Of a DNA stretch of 31,439 bases, positions 1-6,779 are shown in pieces (position 1 is the stretch's first letter; each line of letters starts with the position of its first letter). The position numbers were made by a program, and so were the translations under genes. The notes under the pieces are model-generated. The model did not search any database. It saw only the letters and a program-made list of their open reading frames with translations, and was not told where the DNA came from. This DNA comes from a virus (lineage: Duplodnaviria > Caudoviricetes). Where the stretch lies: the IMG/VR virus record IMGVR_UViG_3300043447_000134, positions 1 to 31,439 of that record; one strand, written 5' to 3'.

Positions 1-5
1 AGCGT

Positions 6-239
6 TTGTCACACGATGAATTGCAGCAAAGAGTCAACGATTTATACACGAATGTAAATGAGGAAAATCCGACACGAGCAGAGGAAAGCAAAGCGCATTA
101 TGCCCTTCGTGCGGTAGTGGAATTGCATAAGCCAGATGAAGTGCATTTTGGAGATGTTATTTCGCAGATTGAATGCCTTGAATGCAAAATCAAATACCCC
201 TGCCTAACCATTCAGGCTATTGAGAAGGAGTTGTCGTGA
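6..239 (+). CDS. hypothetical phage protein (ELHKP...CxxC...YPC motif, possible Zn binder)
   Basis: ORF track; stop overlaps next start (GTGA); TTG start at window edge uncertain. Confidence 0.7.
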   Translation: MSHDELQQRVNDLYTNVNEENPTRAEESKAHYALRAVVELHKPDEVHFGDVISQIECLECKIKYPCLTIQAIEKELS

Positions 240-459
240 TTAAATGGAACAAGGATTACAAAACAATAGACATTGGCACAATGTTTTGGATTGAATTTAA
301 TACTTGCCGTACTACTTATAGGTGCGGTATTTCATACACGGGCGATAATTATAGCAACTATGTTGAGTTATCGTTATTTTATCCGACTTTGACTTTAGGG
401 TATTTAAGAAAACGATTGAGAGATTCTTACAAAGAATTAGAGGCTATTGAGAAGGAGTT
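214..459 (+). repeat. 19-bp exact direct repeat AGGCTATTGAGAAGGAGTT (214-232 and 441-459)
   Basis: Read directly; both copies lie at gene 3' ends and contain the AAGGAG of the next gene. Confidence 0.9.
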
Positions 460-472
460 AAATAATGGCTAA
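236..472 (+). CDS. hypothetical protein
   Basis: AAGGAG upstream, GTGA coupling; shares AIEKEL tail with previous gene. Confidence 0.7.
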   Translation: MIKWNKDYKTIDIGTMFWIEFNTCRTTYRCGISYTGDNYSNYVELSLFYPTLTLGYLRKRLRDSYKELEAIEKELNNG

Positions 473-719
473 TTATCCAAATAGACCTGAAAAGAAAGAC
501 TGGCTAAATGATTATGGTTACGCACTCATGATTATTGGAGCACTTGCATTTGTTATGTTTATTGGTTTATTTGTAACAATAACAGATACTCCTAATAAAG
601 ATCCCCGCAATGGTAGGGTTTATATTGATGGTAATATTAATAAAGTTTGCGATGGAACTAATTTAATTATTAATGGTAGAGGTACAGCAGTAATTCAAAA
701 TAGCAAGGAATGTATGTAA
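465..719 (+). CDS. small membrane protein
   Basis: SD upstream; one hydrophobic segment (YALMIIGALAFVMFIGLFVTI). Confidence 0.75.
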   Translation: MANYPNRPEKKDWLNDYGYALMIIGALAFVMFIGLFVTITDTPNKDPRNGRVYIDGNINKVCDGTNLIINGRGTAVIQNSKECM

Positions 720-907
720 TGGCTGGACAGGAAATGATTGTTAAGACTAGTGATGAACTAATAGCAAATCGTGAATCCCTGCTCAAAAAAGCGGGAATGT
801 CATGGAAAGAACTAGAATCTCTAGGTAAATCATATCAACTAGACGACGACAAGTATTACATATATAAAACTATTAAAGCAATTAATTGGGTATTGGAAGG
901 AAAGTAA
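719..907 (+). CDS. hypothetical protein
   Basis: Start moved from 710 to ATG 719 (TAATG coupling). Confidence 0.7.
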   Translation: MAGQEMIVKTSDELIANRESLLKKAGMSWKELESLGKSYQLDDDKYYIYKTIKAINWVLEGK

Positions 908-1125
908 TGGATAGATCAGATCTTTATATCCCGCCTAAAACACACAATAGTGGGGCAGAAACTTGGTGGGCTCAGGTTGATTTTGTAATTAAGTATATTC
1001 AAGAAGATATTGCTAAAAAGATTGAACGCTGGCATATGGCTGGATGTATGGCGGGAACTAAATGCGATCAAGGACGTTGTGATTGTGAAGAGATGATTAA
1101 GATTGCGAGAGGCAAAGATGAGTAA
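907..1125 (+). CDS. hypothetical protein, 'IAxxI...IARGK' family
   Basis: Start moved to ATG 907 (TAATG coupling). Confidence 0.7.
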   Translation: MDRSDLYIPPKTHNSGAETWWAQVDFVIKYIQEDIAKKIERWHMAGCMAGTKCDQGRCDCEEMIKIARGKDE

Positions 1126-1273
1126 AGATAGAAGAGATATCATAGGCTATAAGTACAAGGATGATGAACAAGAGCTTCGTGAGAAGATTGCTCAGGATAT
1201 CCTTGATTGGGCACAAAAATATCATGATAATCCAATAGTTGAAAACTGTGTCCGTATTGCTAGGGGTAAGTAA
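1118..1273 (+). CDS. 51-aa hypothetical protein (MSKDRRDIIG...LREKIAQDI...VRIARGK), not in ORF track
   Basis: Translated by hand; fills the gap exactly, TAATG overlap with next gene, similar to 907..1125. Confidence 0.75.
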   Translation: MSKDRRDIIGYKYKDDEQELREKIAQDILDWAQKYHDNPIVENCVRIARGK

Positions 1274-1641
1274 TGGAAGATGAATGGTTTTTCCCAGAAG
1301 ATTCATACGACTCTCTAGTTGCATCTGCTGGAACTATTATTAAAGACTGGAACATTGGTGATTGGCAGGGTGATTATGTCTACCTGCTCAAAAATGGAGA
1401 TAAGTTTGGGTTTACGGTAGTTGGATACGGATCCTGTTCTTATTGCGATGCCCTGCAAAGTTGCGATAACCAAGAAGAAGTTGATATACTGAAGGAATCA
1501 ATTGTTAAGGATATTTTTTGGGGGACTGCAGAAGAAGTAGAAGCCTATGCTATTAAAGAAGATGCTAATCGTTGGTACTATCATGAGCATGAATGGAAAA
1601 CTATTAAGAGAGAACTAAAAGCGGAATTGAGAAAGGCTTAA
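1273..1641 (+). CDS. hypothetical protein (GYGSCSYCD motif)
   Basis: ORF track, coupled start. Confidence 0.8.
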   Translation: MEDEWFFPEDSYDSLVASAGTIIKDWNIGDWQGDYVYLLKNGDKFGFTVVGYGSCSYCDALQSCDNQEEVDILKESIVKDIFWGTAEEVEAYAIKEDANRWYYHEHEWKTIKRELKAELRKA

Positions 1642-1642
1642 G

Positions 1643-1735
1643 ATGTATACCTATATAACTACAACGACATATCGTCCACGATATAAGTTTCGTGCTAGAA
1701 CATATAATAGAATAAGAATAGGAAACAAGAAATGA
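1643..1735 (+). CDS. possible 30-aa basic peptide
   Basis: Hand-translated MYTYITTTTYRPRYKFRARTYNRIRIGNKK; AAAGG upstream, ATGA overlap with next gene. Confidence 0.4.
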   Translation: MYTYITTTTYRPRYKFRARTYNRIRIGNKK

Positions 1736-2091
1736 ACTCACCAATTATTGTATTTAATCCAAGTGGATTAACAGATGAGCAAGTAAAGCAAGTTAAGCAG
1801 GCATTAGATGATGCTTATCGTGCAGGGTATGAAACTGCTAAAGAGTTTTATCAGTTAAAGATGACTATCCCTACTAATCCAGGTTTTGGTAGCACACTTA
1901 CAGTACCGCCACAGCAGTGGGTTGTAAATGACTGCACCAATGGAGTTGAGCAGGGTACTTATGCAAGTGCTCAGAGTGAATACCCAAATGCTGGTAAGTC
2001 TAATTGTCCTCATATGTATGTGAACAATAAGTACAGAGCACTTGGTGTTTGTGGTCTGTGTGGCATATCATTTGACGAATGGCATGGATAG
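1732..2091 (+). CDS. hypothetical protein, C-terminal CxH...CxxC
   Basis: ORF track. Confidence 0.75.
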   Translation: MNSPIIVFNPSGLTDEQVKQVKQALDDAYRAGYETAKEFYQLKMTIPTNPGFGSTLTVPPQQWVVNDCTNGVEQGTYASAQSEYPNAGKSNCPHMYVNNKYRALGVCGLCGISFDEWHG

Positions 2092-2094
2092 GTC

Positions 2095-2109
2095 TATACT
2101 TATAATATG
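2095..2109 (+). promoter_or_regulatory. -10 box TATACT 6 nt before ATG (leaderless promoter)
   Basis: TATACTTATAATATG; identical 15-mer on minus strand at 18450-18464. Confidence 0.6.
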
Positions 2110-2208
2110 AACTGCCAAAAATGCGGGATGGATAAAGAAGACATTGAGTACTGGGATACTCATCAAACTATGAGTGATTACAGGGTGTGGTGTGCCAAGA
2201 GAAGCTAA
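2107..2208 (+). CDS. 33-aa Cys/His peptide (MNCQKCG...H...C)
   Basis: Hand-translated; leaderless promoter directly upstream. Confidence 0.5.
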   Translation: MNCQKCGMDKEDIEYWDTHQTMSDYRVWCAKRS

Positions 2209-2305
2209 GATTATGTCTATGGACTGGCGTAGCCTTGGCTATTGGCCTGTTTGGAAAGATGGCAAAAAGGTTTGGGTTCCAAAGGACAAAGTAGATGAAG
2301 AATGA
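2192..2305 (+). CDS. 37-aa hypothetical peptide (DWRSLGYWPVWKDGKKVWV)
   Basis: Hand-translated from GTG; fills gap, overlaps neighbours. Confidence 0.5.
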   Translation: MPREAKIMSMDWRSLGYWPVWKDGKKVWVPKDKVDEE

Positions 2306-2537
2306 AGAACTCATAGAGATACTTGATAAGCTTAGAGTAGATTATCTTAAGTATCGTGGCTCTTCATTTGATCAACAGGGTAATCTTTTTTGGGCTAAAG
2401 ATGATGCAATGGCTTATGCTGAAGGTTTAAATACCGCCATTAAAATAATTGCGGAAGATAATAAAGAACTATTAGAAAGGCTAGGTTCTGATTATGATGA
2501 AGAGGGAATACCCTATTGGGATAGATATAATGGATAG
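2295..2537 (+). CDS. hypothetical protein
   Basis: ORF track, AAGGA upstream. Confidence 0.7.
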   Translation: MKNEELIEILDKLRVDYLKYRGSSFDQQGNLFWAKDDAMAYAEGLNTAIKIIAEDNKELLERLGSDYDEEGIPYWDRYNG

Positions 2538-2805
2538 ATTAGTTAATTTTTTATTTAGATGGAGCAGGCTTAGAGATGCCTTAATGGATGAGGTGCATTT
2601 ATATGACATGCTAGATGAAAGATTAAAAGATACAACTCCTGGCTCATTATACTGGAATGAGGGGGATGGATGGCGTTCCTGGACTTATAGTTCAGAACGC
2701 AAGAAGTACTACTTCAATGATATCCCAGAAGACAACCTAGGAGATGCTATGACGTATATATATGAGTCATTAGGTCCTGAATTTGATATGGATGAGGTTT
2801 GGTAA
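2530..2805 (+). CDS. hypothetical protein
   Basis: Likely start ATG 2530 (8-nt overlap with upstream gene). Confidence 0.7.
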   Translation: MDRLVNFLFRWSRLRDALMDEVHLYDMLDERLKDTTPGSLYWNEGDGWRSWTYSSERKKYYFNDIPEDNLGDAMTYIYESLGPEFDMDEVW

Positions 2806-2806
2806 C

Positions 2807-2835
2807 TGGACAAACCAGCTAACCTTTGGTATACT
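2807..2835 (+). promoter_or_regulatory. sigma70/SigA-type promoter TGGACA-N17-TATACT, leaderless
   Basis: Extended -10 (TGG TATACT); ATG 6 nt downstream, no SD. Confidence 0.75.
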
Positions 2836-2841
2836 GAATAC

Positions 2842-3096
2842 ATGAGAGAAACAACAGAAAAAGAGTTTGGAATCCCTGCATGGGATTTATATTCATGTGA
2901 AATTTGTGGAAGCGTATTGCTTTCTCATACCGTTAAGCTTCATGCTGAGTTCCATGGCAATCAGCCTACAAAGGTTGCTGAGGACAAGTACTCACAAAAG
3001 GCTTGCCCAATCTGTAAAGAAGTTATTACTATACCCCTTGATTCAGATGGTGCAATGATTCTTGATATCTACGATGATCATTTAGAGTCACACTAA
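2842..3096 (+). CDS. protein with two CxxC...HxxxH zinc-finger-like motifs
   Basis: CEIC...HAEFH and CPIC...HLESH. Confidence 0.75.
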   Translation: MRETTEKEFGIPAWDLYSCEICGSVLLSHTVKLHAEFHGNQPTKVAEDKYSQKACPICKEVITIPLDSDGAMILDIYDDHLESH

Positions 3097-3103
3097 GATA
3101 ATA

Positions 3104-3232
3104 ATGCTTAAGTTCTTATACGGTATGCTTGCAGGCTATTTAATTTGCAGCTTTGAATTTTCTTTATTTTTATTTAAAAAGGGGTACATGAATGTCAACG
3201 AAATCAAAGACAAATATTCAGAAGATAACTGA
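3104..3232 (+). CDS. possible 42-aa membrane peptide
   Basis: Hand-translated MLKFLYGMLAGYLICSFEFSLFLFKKG... Confidence 0.45.
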   Translation: MLKFLYGMLAGYLICSFEFSLFLFKKGYMNVNEIKDKYSEDN

Positions 3233-3557
3233 ATTAACAAACAAGTGGTACATTTATGTCAATTTAGACCATCATAAAACAAAAGATTGTATTTGGTATA
3301 TTGAGACTGCTTATAAATACGGTGAACCACCAAAGTATATTGCATGTCACTATGGATATATTCTTAGTGATTGGAAAAGCCCTGAATGTGATACCCTTGA
3401 AGATGCAGAACAGTGGCTTATCAATAAGCTTGAAAGAGAACTAGAACAAGCAAAGATTCATATTCAAGAGATTATTGATTTAGATAGAAATGAAGAAGCA
3501 GAGTGGATGGATCCATCAAATAGAGCACCAGAGATACTAAAGGAGTTAATGAAGTGA
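3192..3557 (+). CDS. hypothetical protein
   Basis: ORF track, AAGGGG upstream. Confidence 0.8.
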   Translation: MSTKSKTNIQKITELTNKWYIYVNLDHHKTKDCIWYIETAYKYGEPPKYIACHYGYILSDWKSPECDTLEDAEQWLINKLERELEQAKIHIQEIIDLDRNEEAEWMDPSNRAPEILKELMK

Positions 3558-3772
3558 ATTTAGATAGTTTAACAGAAGAGCAAAAAGAAGATGTTGTCAA
3601 TCTTATTGTTATGACAGTAAAAGAAATTCGTGAACAATTAGACCAAGATATTTTATTTACTCAACAAATTTGGCAACGCAAAGGGTTTTTAAAAAGCCGA
3701 AGAACTCGCAAAGCATTTGAAGCCTGTCGTGCTATCGTTCAGGGCAAGAACGAAGTATTTGACGAGGAATAG
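3554..3772 (+). CDS. hypothetical protein (EIREQ...AIVQGK)
   Basis: AAGGAG upstream, GTGA coupling. Confidence 0.75.
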   Translation: MNLDSLTEEQKEDVVNLIVMTVKEIREQLDQDILFTQQIWQRKGFLKSRRTRKAFEACRAIVQGKNEVFDEE

Positions 3773-3773
3773 C

Positions 3774-3851
3774 ATGGAGTTTTTAATTCTGTTGGCTTTC
3801 TTTTGTGGTTGGGTTGTAGGATATGTTCAAGAACATTATCGTCAAAAATAA
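3774..3851 (+). CDS. 25-aa membrane peptide
   Basis: MEFLILLAFFCGWVVGYVQEHYRQK, GAGGA upstream. Confidence 0.5.
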   Translation: MEFLILLAFFCGWVVGYVQEHYRQK

Positions 3852-3872
3852 AATAGTTATTAGTTTAATATT

Positions 3873-3895
3873 TATTGTGACAGTCATTCACAATA
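3873..3895. promoter_or_regulatory. palindrome TATTGTGA-N7-TCACAATA upstream of thyX (candidate operator)
   Basis: Perfect 8-bp inverted repeat in AT-rich intergenic gap. Confidence 0.45.
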
Positions 3896-3922
3896 TAGTT
3901 ATGTATATGATATGGAGATAAG

Positions 3923-4633
3923 ATGGATAAGTTAATTAATGTTTTGAATAAAGGTTATGTTCGTTTAGTTGATACGCTTGGCAATGATCTCTCAATTGTT
4001 AACGCAGCACGTGTTTCATACGATAAAGAGTCATCCGAGTTTCAGGCTAGAGATGAAAAGCTAATTGAGTTTTTGATTCGTGAAGGACACACATCTCCAT
4101 TACGACATGCAGCAGTTACCTTTGAAGTATATGCCCCACTGGTGGTCGCTAGACAGTGGTGGAAGTACGCTGTAGCATCTACCCATATTGATGATCAAAA
4201 TGGATGGAATGAGTCGTCTCGTCGTTATATTACTGAGCATGAAGAGTTCTACCTTCCAAAAGGAGATGAATGGCGTTCAAAGCCTGAAAATAGTAAGCAA
4301 GGGTCTGGCCCAGTCTTAGATTCAAGTGTAGGAGGATACTTTACAAATAAGCTATTTGATACAATTGAAGCAGGCAACAAGCTTTATCATGAAGCTATGG
4401 AAGCTGGAATTGCACCAGAGCAGGCACGACTATTTCTTCCTGCTTATGGGATGTATGTGAGATGGCGTTGGACTGTTAGCCTTCAAGGAGTAATAACATT
4501 CTTGGATCAAAGATTAGAACATGATGCACAAAAAGAAATTTATGAGTATGCAAAGGCTGTTAAAGAATTGACTGCAAATGAATTTCCTGTTATACTAAAA
4601 ACTATAGAAGAGAGTAAGGGTAAAAATGCTTAG
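3923..4633 (+). CDS. thyX: flavin-dependent thymidylate synthase
   Basis: IVNAARVSY, GHTSP, VARQW, NESSRRY, APEQARLFLP, HDAQKEI motifs. Confidence 0.95.
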   Translation: MDKLINVLNKGYVRLVDTLGNDLSIVNAARVSYDKESSEFQARDEKLIEFLIREGHTSPLRHAAVTFEVYAPLVVARQWWKYAVASTHIDDQNGWNESSRRYITEHEEFYLPKGDEWRSKPENSKQGSGPVLDSSVGGYFTNKLFDTIEAGNKLYHEAMEAGIAPEQARLFLPAYGMYVRWRWTVSLQGVITFLDQRLEHDAQKEIYEYAKAVKELTANEFPVILKTIEESKGKNA

Positions 4634-4913
4634 ACCAATTGAAGACAAGATTATCGTAAAGCCTATTGAAGAAACAGAGAAGACTACTGCTTCTGGGCTT
4701 GTTTTAACAAACATGCAAAATGAAAAACCAACAGAGGCAATTGTTATTGCTGTGGGTCCAGGCATGAAGCTTGCAGATGGAAGTGTAATAGAGATTAACC
4801 TTAAGGTTGGGGATAAGGTTATCTTTTCAAAGTATGGTGGAACAGAGATTGAGCATGAATATGAAAAGCTTGTAATCCTTTCATACCGTGACATTTTTGC
4901 GGTGATAGAGTAA
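4626..4913 (+). CDS. groES: co-chaperonin GroES
   Basis: LRPIEDKIIV, TASGLVL mobile loop, AVGPG, KVGDKVIFSKYGGTE. Confidence 0.95.
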   Translation: MLRPIEDKIIVKPIEETEKTTASGLVLTNMQNEKPTEAIVIAVGPGMKLADGSVIEINLKVGDKVIFSKYGGTEIEHEYEKLVILSYRDIFAVIE

Positions 4914-4919
4914 AAGTTA

Positions 4920-4993
4920 GCACCAGTAGCCAAGTTGGTGAAGGCATCAGTCTTATATACTGAAGATCGTAGGTTCAAGTCCTACCTGGTGTA
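4920..4993 (+). tRNA. tRNA-Ile(UAU)
   Basis: Acceptor GCACCAG/CTGGTGT, anticodon arm TCAGT-CTTATAT-ACTGA, GGTTCAAGTCC; no encoded CCA. Confidence 0.9.
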
Positions 4994-4997
4994 CTAC

Positions 4998-5078
4998 CCG
5001 TGATATGCTCCAAGGTGGGGCAGGGGACTGTAAATCCCCCGTCATTTGACATGGTTGGTTCAATTCCAACATCACGGA
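4998..5078 (+). tRNA. tRNA-Tyr(GUA), C1:G72
   Basis: Acceptor CCGTGAT/ATCACGG, GGGGA-CTGTAAA-TCCCC, long variable arm, GGTTCAATTCC. Confidence 0.85.
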
Positions 5079-5082
5079 CTAA

Positions 5083-5155
5083 ACCCATATAGCCCAGCGG
5101 TAGAGGCAGTAGACTTAAAATCTACAAAGCGTTGGTTCAAATCCAACTATGGGTA
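5083..5155 (+). tRNA. tRNA-Leu(UAA), short variable loop
   Basis: ACCCATA/TATGGGT, GTAGA-CTTAAAA-TCTAC. Confidence 0.9.
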
Positions 5156-5159
5156 CTCA

Positions 5160-5235
5160 GCCTTCGTAGCTCAGGGGATAGAGCGACGGACTTCTAATCC
5201 GCAGGTCGTAGGTTCAATTCCTACCGAGGGCACCA
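5160..5235 (+). tRNA. tRNA-Arg(UCU)
   Basis: GCCTTCG/CGAGGGC, CGGA-CTTCTAA-TCCG, encoded CCA. Confidence 0.92.
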
Positions 5236-5243
5236 AAGTATAG

Positions 5244-5282
5244 TATAATAAGTAAGTTAGTTATAATACGTAAATAACTAGC
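5244..5282 (+). promoter_or_regulatory. -10 TATAAT followed by 9-bp 5'-leader hairpin of dps
   Basis: TATAAT 5244-5249; GTTAGTTAT/ATAACTAGC 5256-5282. Confidence 0.55.
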
Positions 5283-5303
5283 CATACGAGAAAAGGTAAA
5301 ATT

Positions 5304-5810
5304 ATGGAAGAAATGATTCAAACCCTGAAGGTTCTTCAGGCTAGTACAATTGCACTAAAGTTTAAAGCACAAGGGTATCACTGGAATGTTGAAGGTGATG
5401 ACTTTCCACAGTGGCATGATAAGTTTGGTGATATCTATGAGGCACTAGATGGTTCTATTGATCCACTTGCTGAATGGATTCGTATCCTTGGTGACTATGC
5501 ACCATTCAAGCTATCACGTCTTAATGAACTATCAACAATCCCAGAGTCTTTAGTATCTGCAGACCCAGAAGAGATGGCTGCTGATTTACTTAAGGATCAT
5601 ATTGCATCTGCACAAGCATTTGGTGAGGCATCTGCAAAGGCTGCTGCTATGGGTCAAAAGGGACTTGAAAACTTCCTGGCTGACTGCATGACCACACATC
5701 AAAAGTATGTTTGGCAACTTCGTGTTTCAACGATTGAAAACGAGATGGAAACCCCAGAAGCACCAGAGGCTCCTGAAGCACCAGAATCAACTGAGGCATC
5801 ACAGGGATAA
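5304..5810 (+). CDS. dps: Dps/ferritin-like protein with C-terminal (PEA)n tail
   Basis: HWNVEG, H-x-x-F-x-x-x-Y, D-x-LAEWIR ferroxidase-type motifs. Confidence 0.9.
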   Translation: MEEMIQTLKVLQASTIALKFKAQGYHWNVEGDDFPQWHDKFGDIYEALDGSIDPLAEWIRILGDYAPFKLSRLNELSTIPESLVSADPEEMAADLLKDHIASAQAFGEASAKAAAMGQKGLENFLADCMTTHQKYVWQLRVSTIENEMETPEAPEAPEAPESTEASQG

Positions 5811-5813
5811 TAA

Positions 5814-6182
5814 TTGTCTACAATAGTTGACATTGATGATACGCTGCTAAGGAATGGCACACAACCTATTCAACGAGTAATTGATTATGTTAATGCCCTT
5901 CCTGGCAGTGTTATCATTGTCACAGGAAGAAATAAATCACAAAGAAAAGAAACTGTTGCTGCACTTCGCAGAGCAGGTGTAAAGTATTCTAGATTAATTA
6001 TGAATCCTGGATCATCCGCAGAAACTGCTAACTTTAAATATGAAGTTGGAAAGAAGTTGCGTTCGCAAGTTAATTTAGCAATTGACAATAATGCAACAAT
6101 GAGAGCAGCCTATGCAAAGGCTGGTATTCCAACAAAAGATCCAGCAAAACTTCCAGACATGAAAAAGTTCTGGCAACTCTAG
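5814..6182 (+). CDS. HAD-family phosphatase (polynucleotide 3'-phosphatase-like)
   Basis: DIDDT, VTGR, K, IDN motifs resembling the PNKP phosphatase domain. Confidence 0.8.
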   Translation: MSTIVDIDDTLLRNGTQPIQRVIDYVNALPGSVIIVTGRNKSQRKETVAALRRAGVKYSRLIMNPGSSAETANFKYEVGKKLRSQVNLAIDNNATMRAAYAKAGIPTKDPAKLPDMKKFWQL

Positions 6183-6203
6183 TTGTAAGGTATAATATAT
6201 TAC

Positions 6204-6779
6204 ATGGGGTATCCAAATTGGTTTGAACTTGCTGCTATTAACTATTTTAATTTAGTCCTACCAAAAAGATTTGCTGGCAAACCACTAGTAGATTTTTTAC
6301 AGGTTGGTGCATATACTGGAGATGCTTCAGAATGGATGCTAGATAATATACTTACAGATCCTACATCTTGGTTAACAGATGTTGACACTTGGTCTGGTTC
6401 TGAAGAAGAGGCACATAAATCTTTTGACTGGAATGAACTTGAGCATTTCTATGACTCCAGGATGAAGCCGTACAGAAATGTTTGTAAGATAAAGGGTTCT
6501 TCTTGGGACTTTTTGAGAAATGCTGAATCAGAACACTATGATTTTATCTACATAGATGGTGATCACACAGCAAATGGTGTGTACATGGATGCAACTTTAA
6601 GCTGGCACTCTCTTAAACCTAATGGAATTATGGCGTTTGATGACTACCTATGGCAACATGAATCTGGAAAAGATGAACTGAAGCCTAAGCCTGGCATTGA
6701 TCAATTTTTGAAAGAATACAAAAAGGAATTATCTCTAATTATTATGGATGAACAAGTCTGGATATCAAAAAATGGGTAA
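6204..6779 (+). CDS. class I SAM-dependent methyltransferase (Methyltransf_24-like)
   Basis: QVGAYTG, VDTW, YDFIYIDGDH, LKPNGIMAFDDY; TATAAT at 6191-6196 (leaderless). Confidence 0.88.
   Translation: MGYPNWFELAAINYFNLVLPKRFAGKPLVDFLQVGAYTGDASEWMLDNILTDPTSWLTDVDTWSGSEEEAHKSFDWNELEHFYDSRMKPYRNVCKIKGSSWDFLRNAESEHYDFIYIDGDHTANGVYMDATLSWHSLKPNGIMAFDDYLWQHESGKDELKPKPGIDQFLKEYKKELSLIIMDEQVWISKNG

Noticed and set aside
5046-5243. 65-aa ORF
   Set aside because: Lies across tRNA-Tyr, -Leu and -Arg genes
5252-5282. IdeR/Fur box upstream of dps
   Set aside because: Poor match to either consensus; better explained as a 5' RNA hairpin containing a G-U pair
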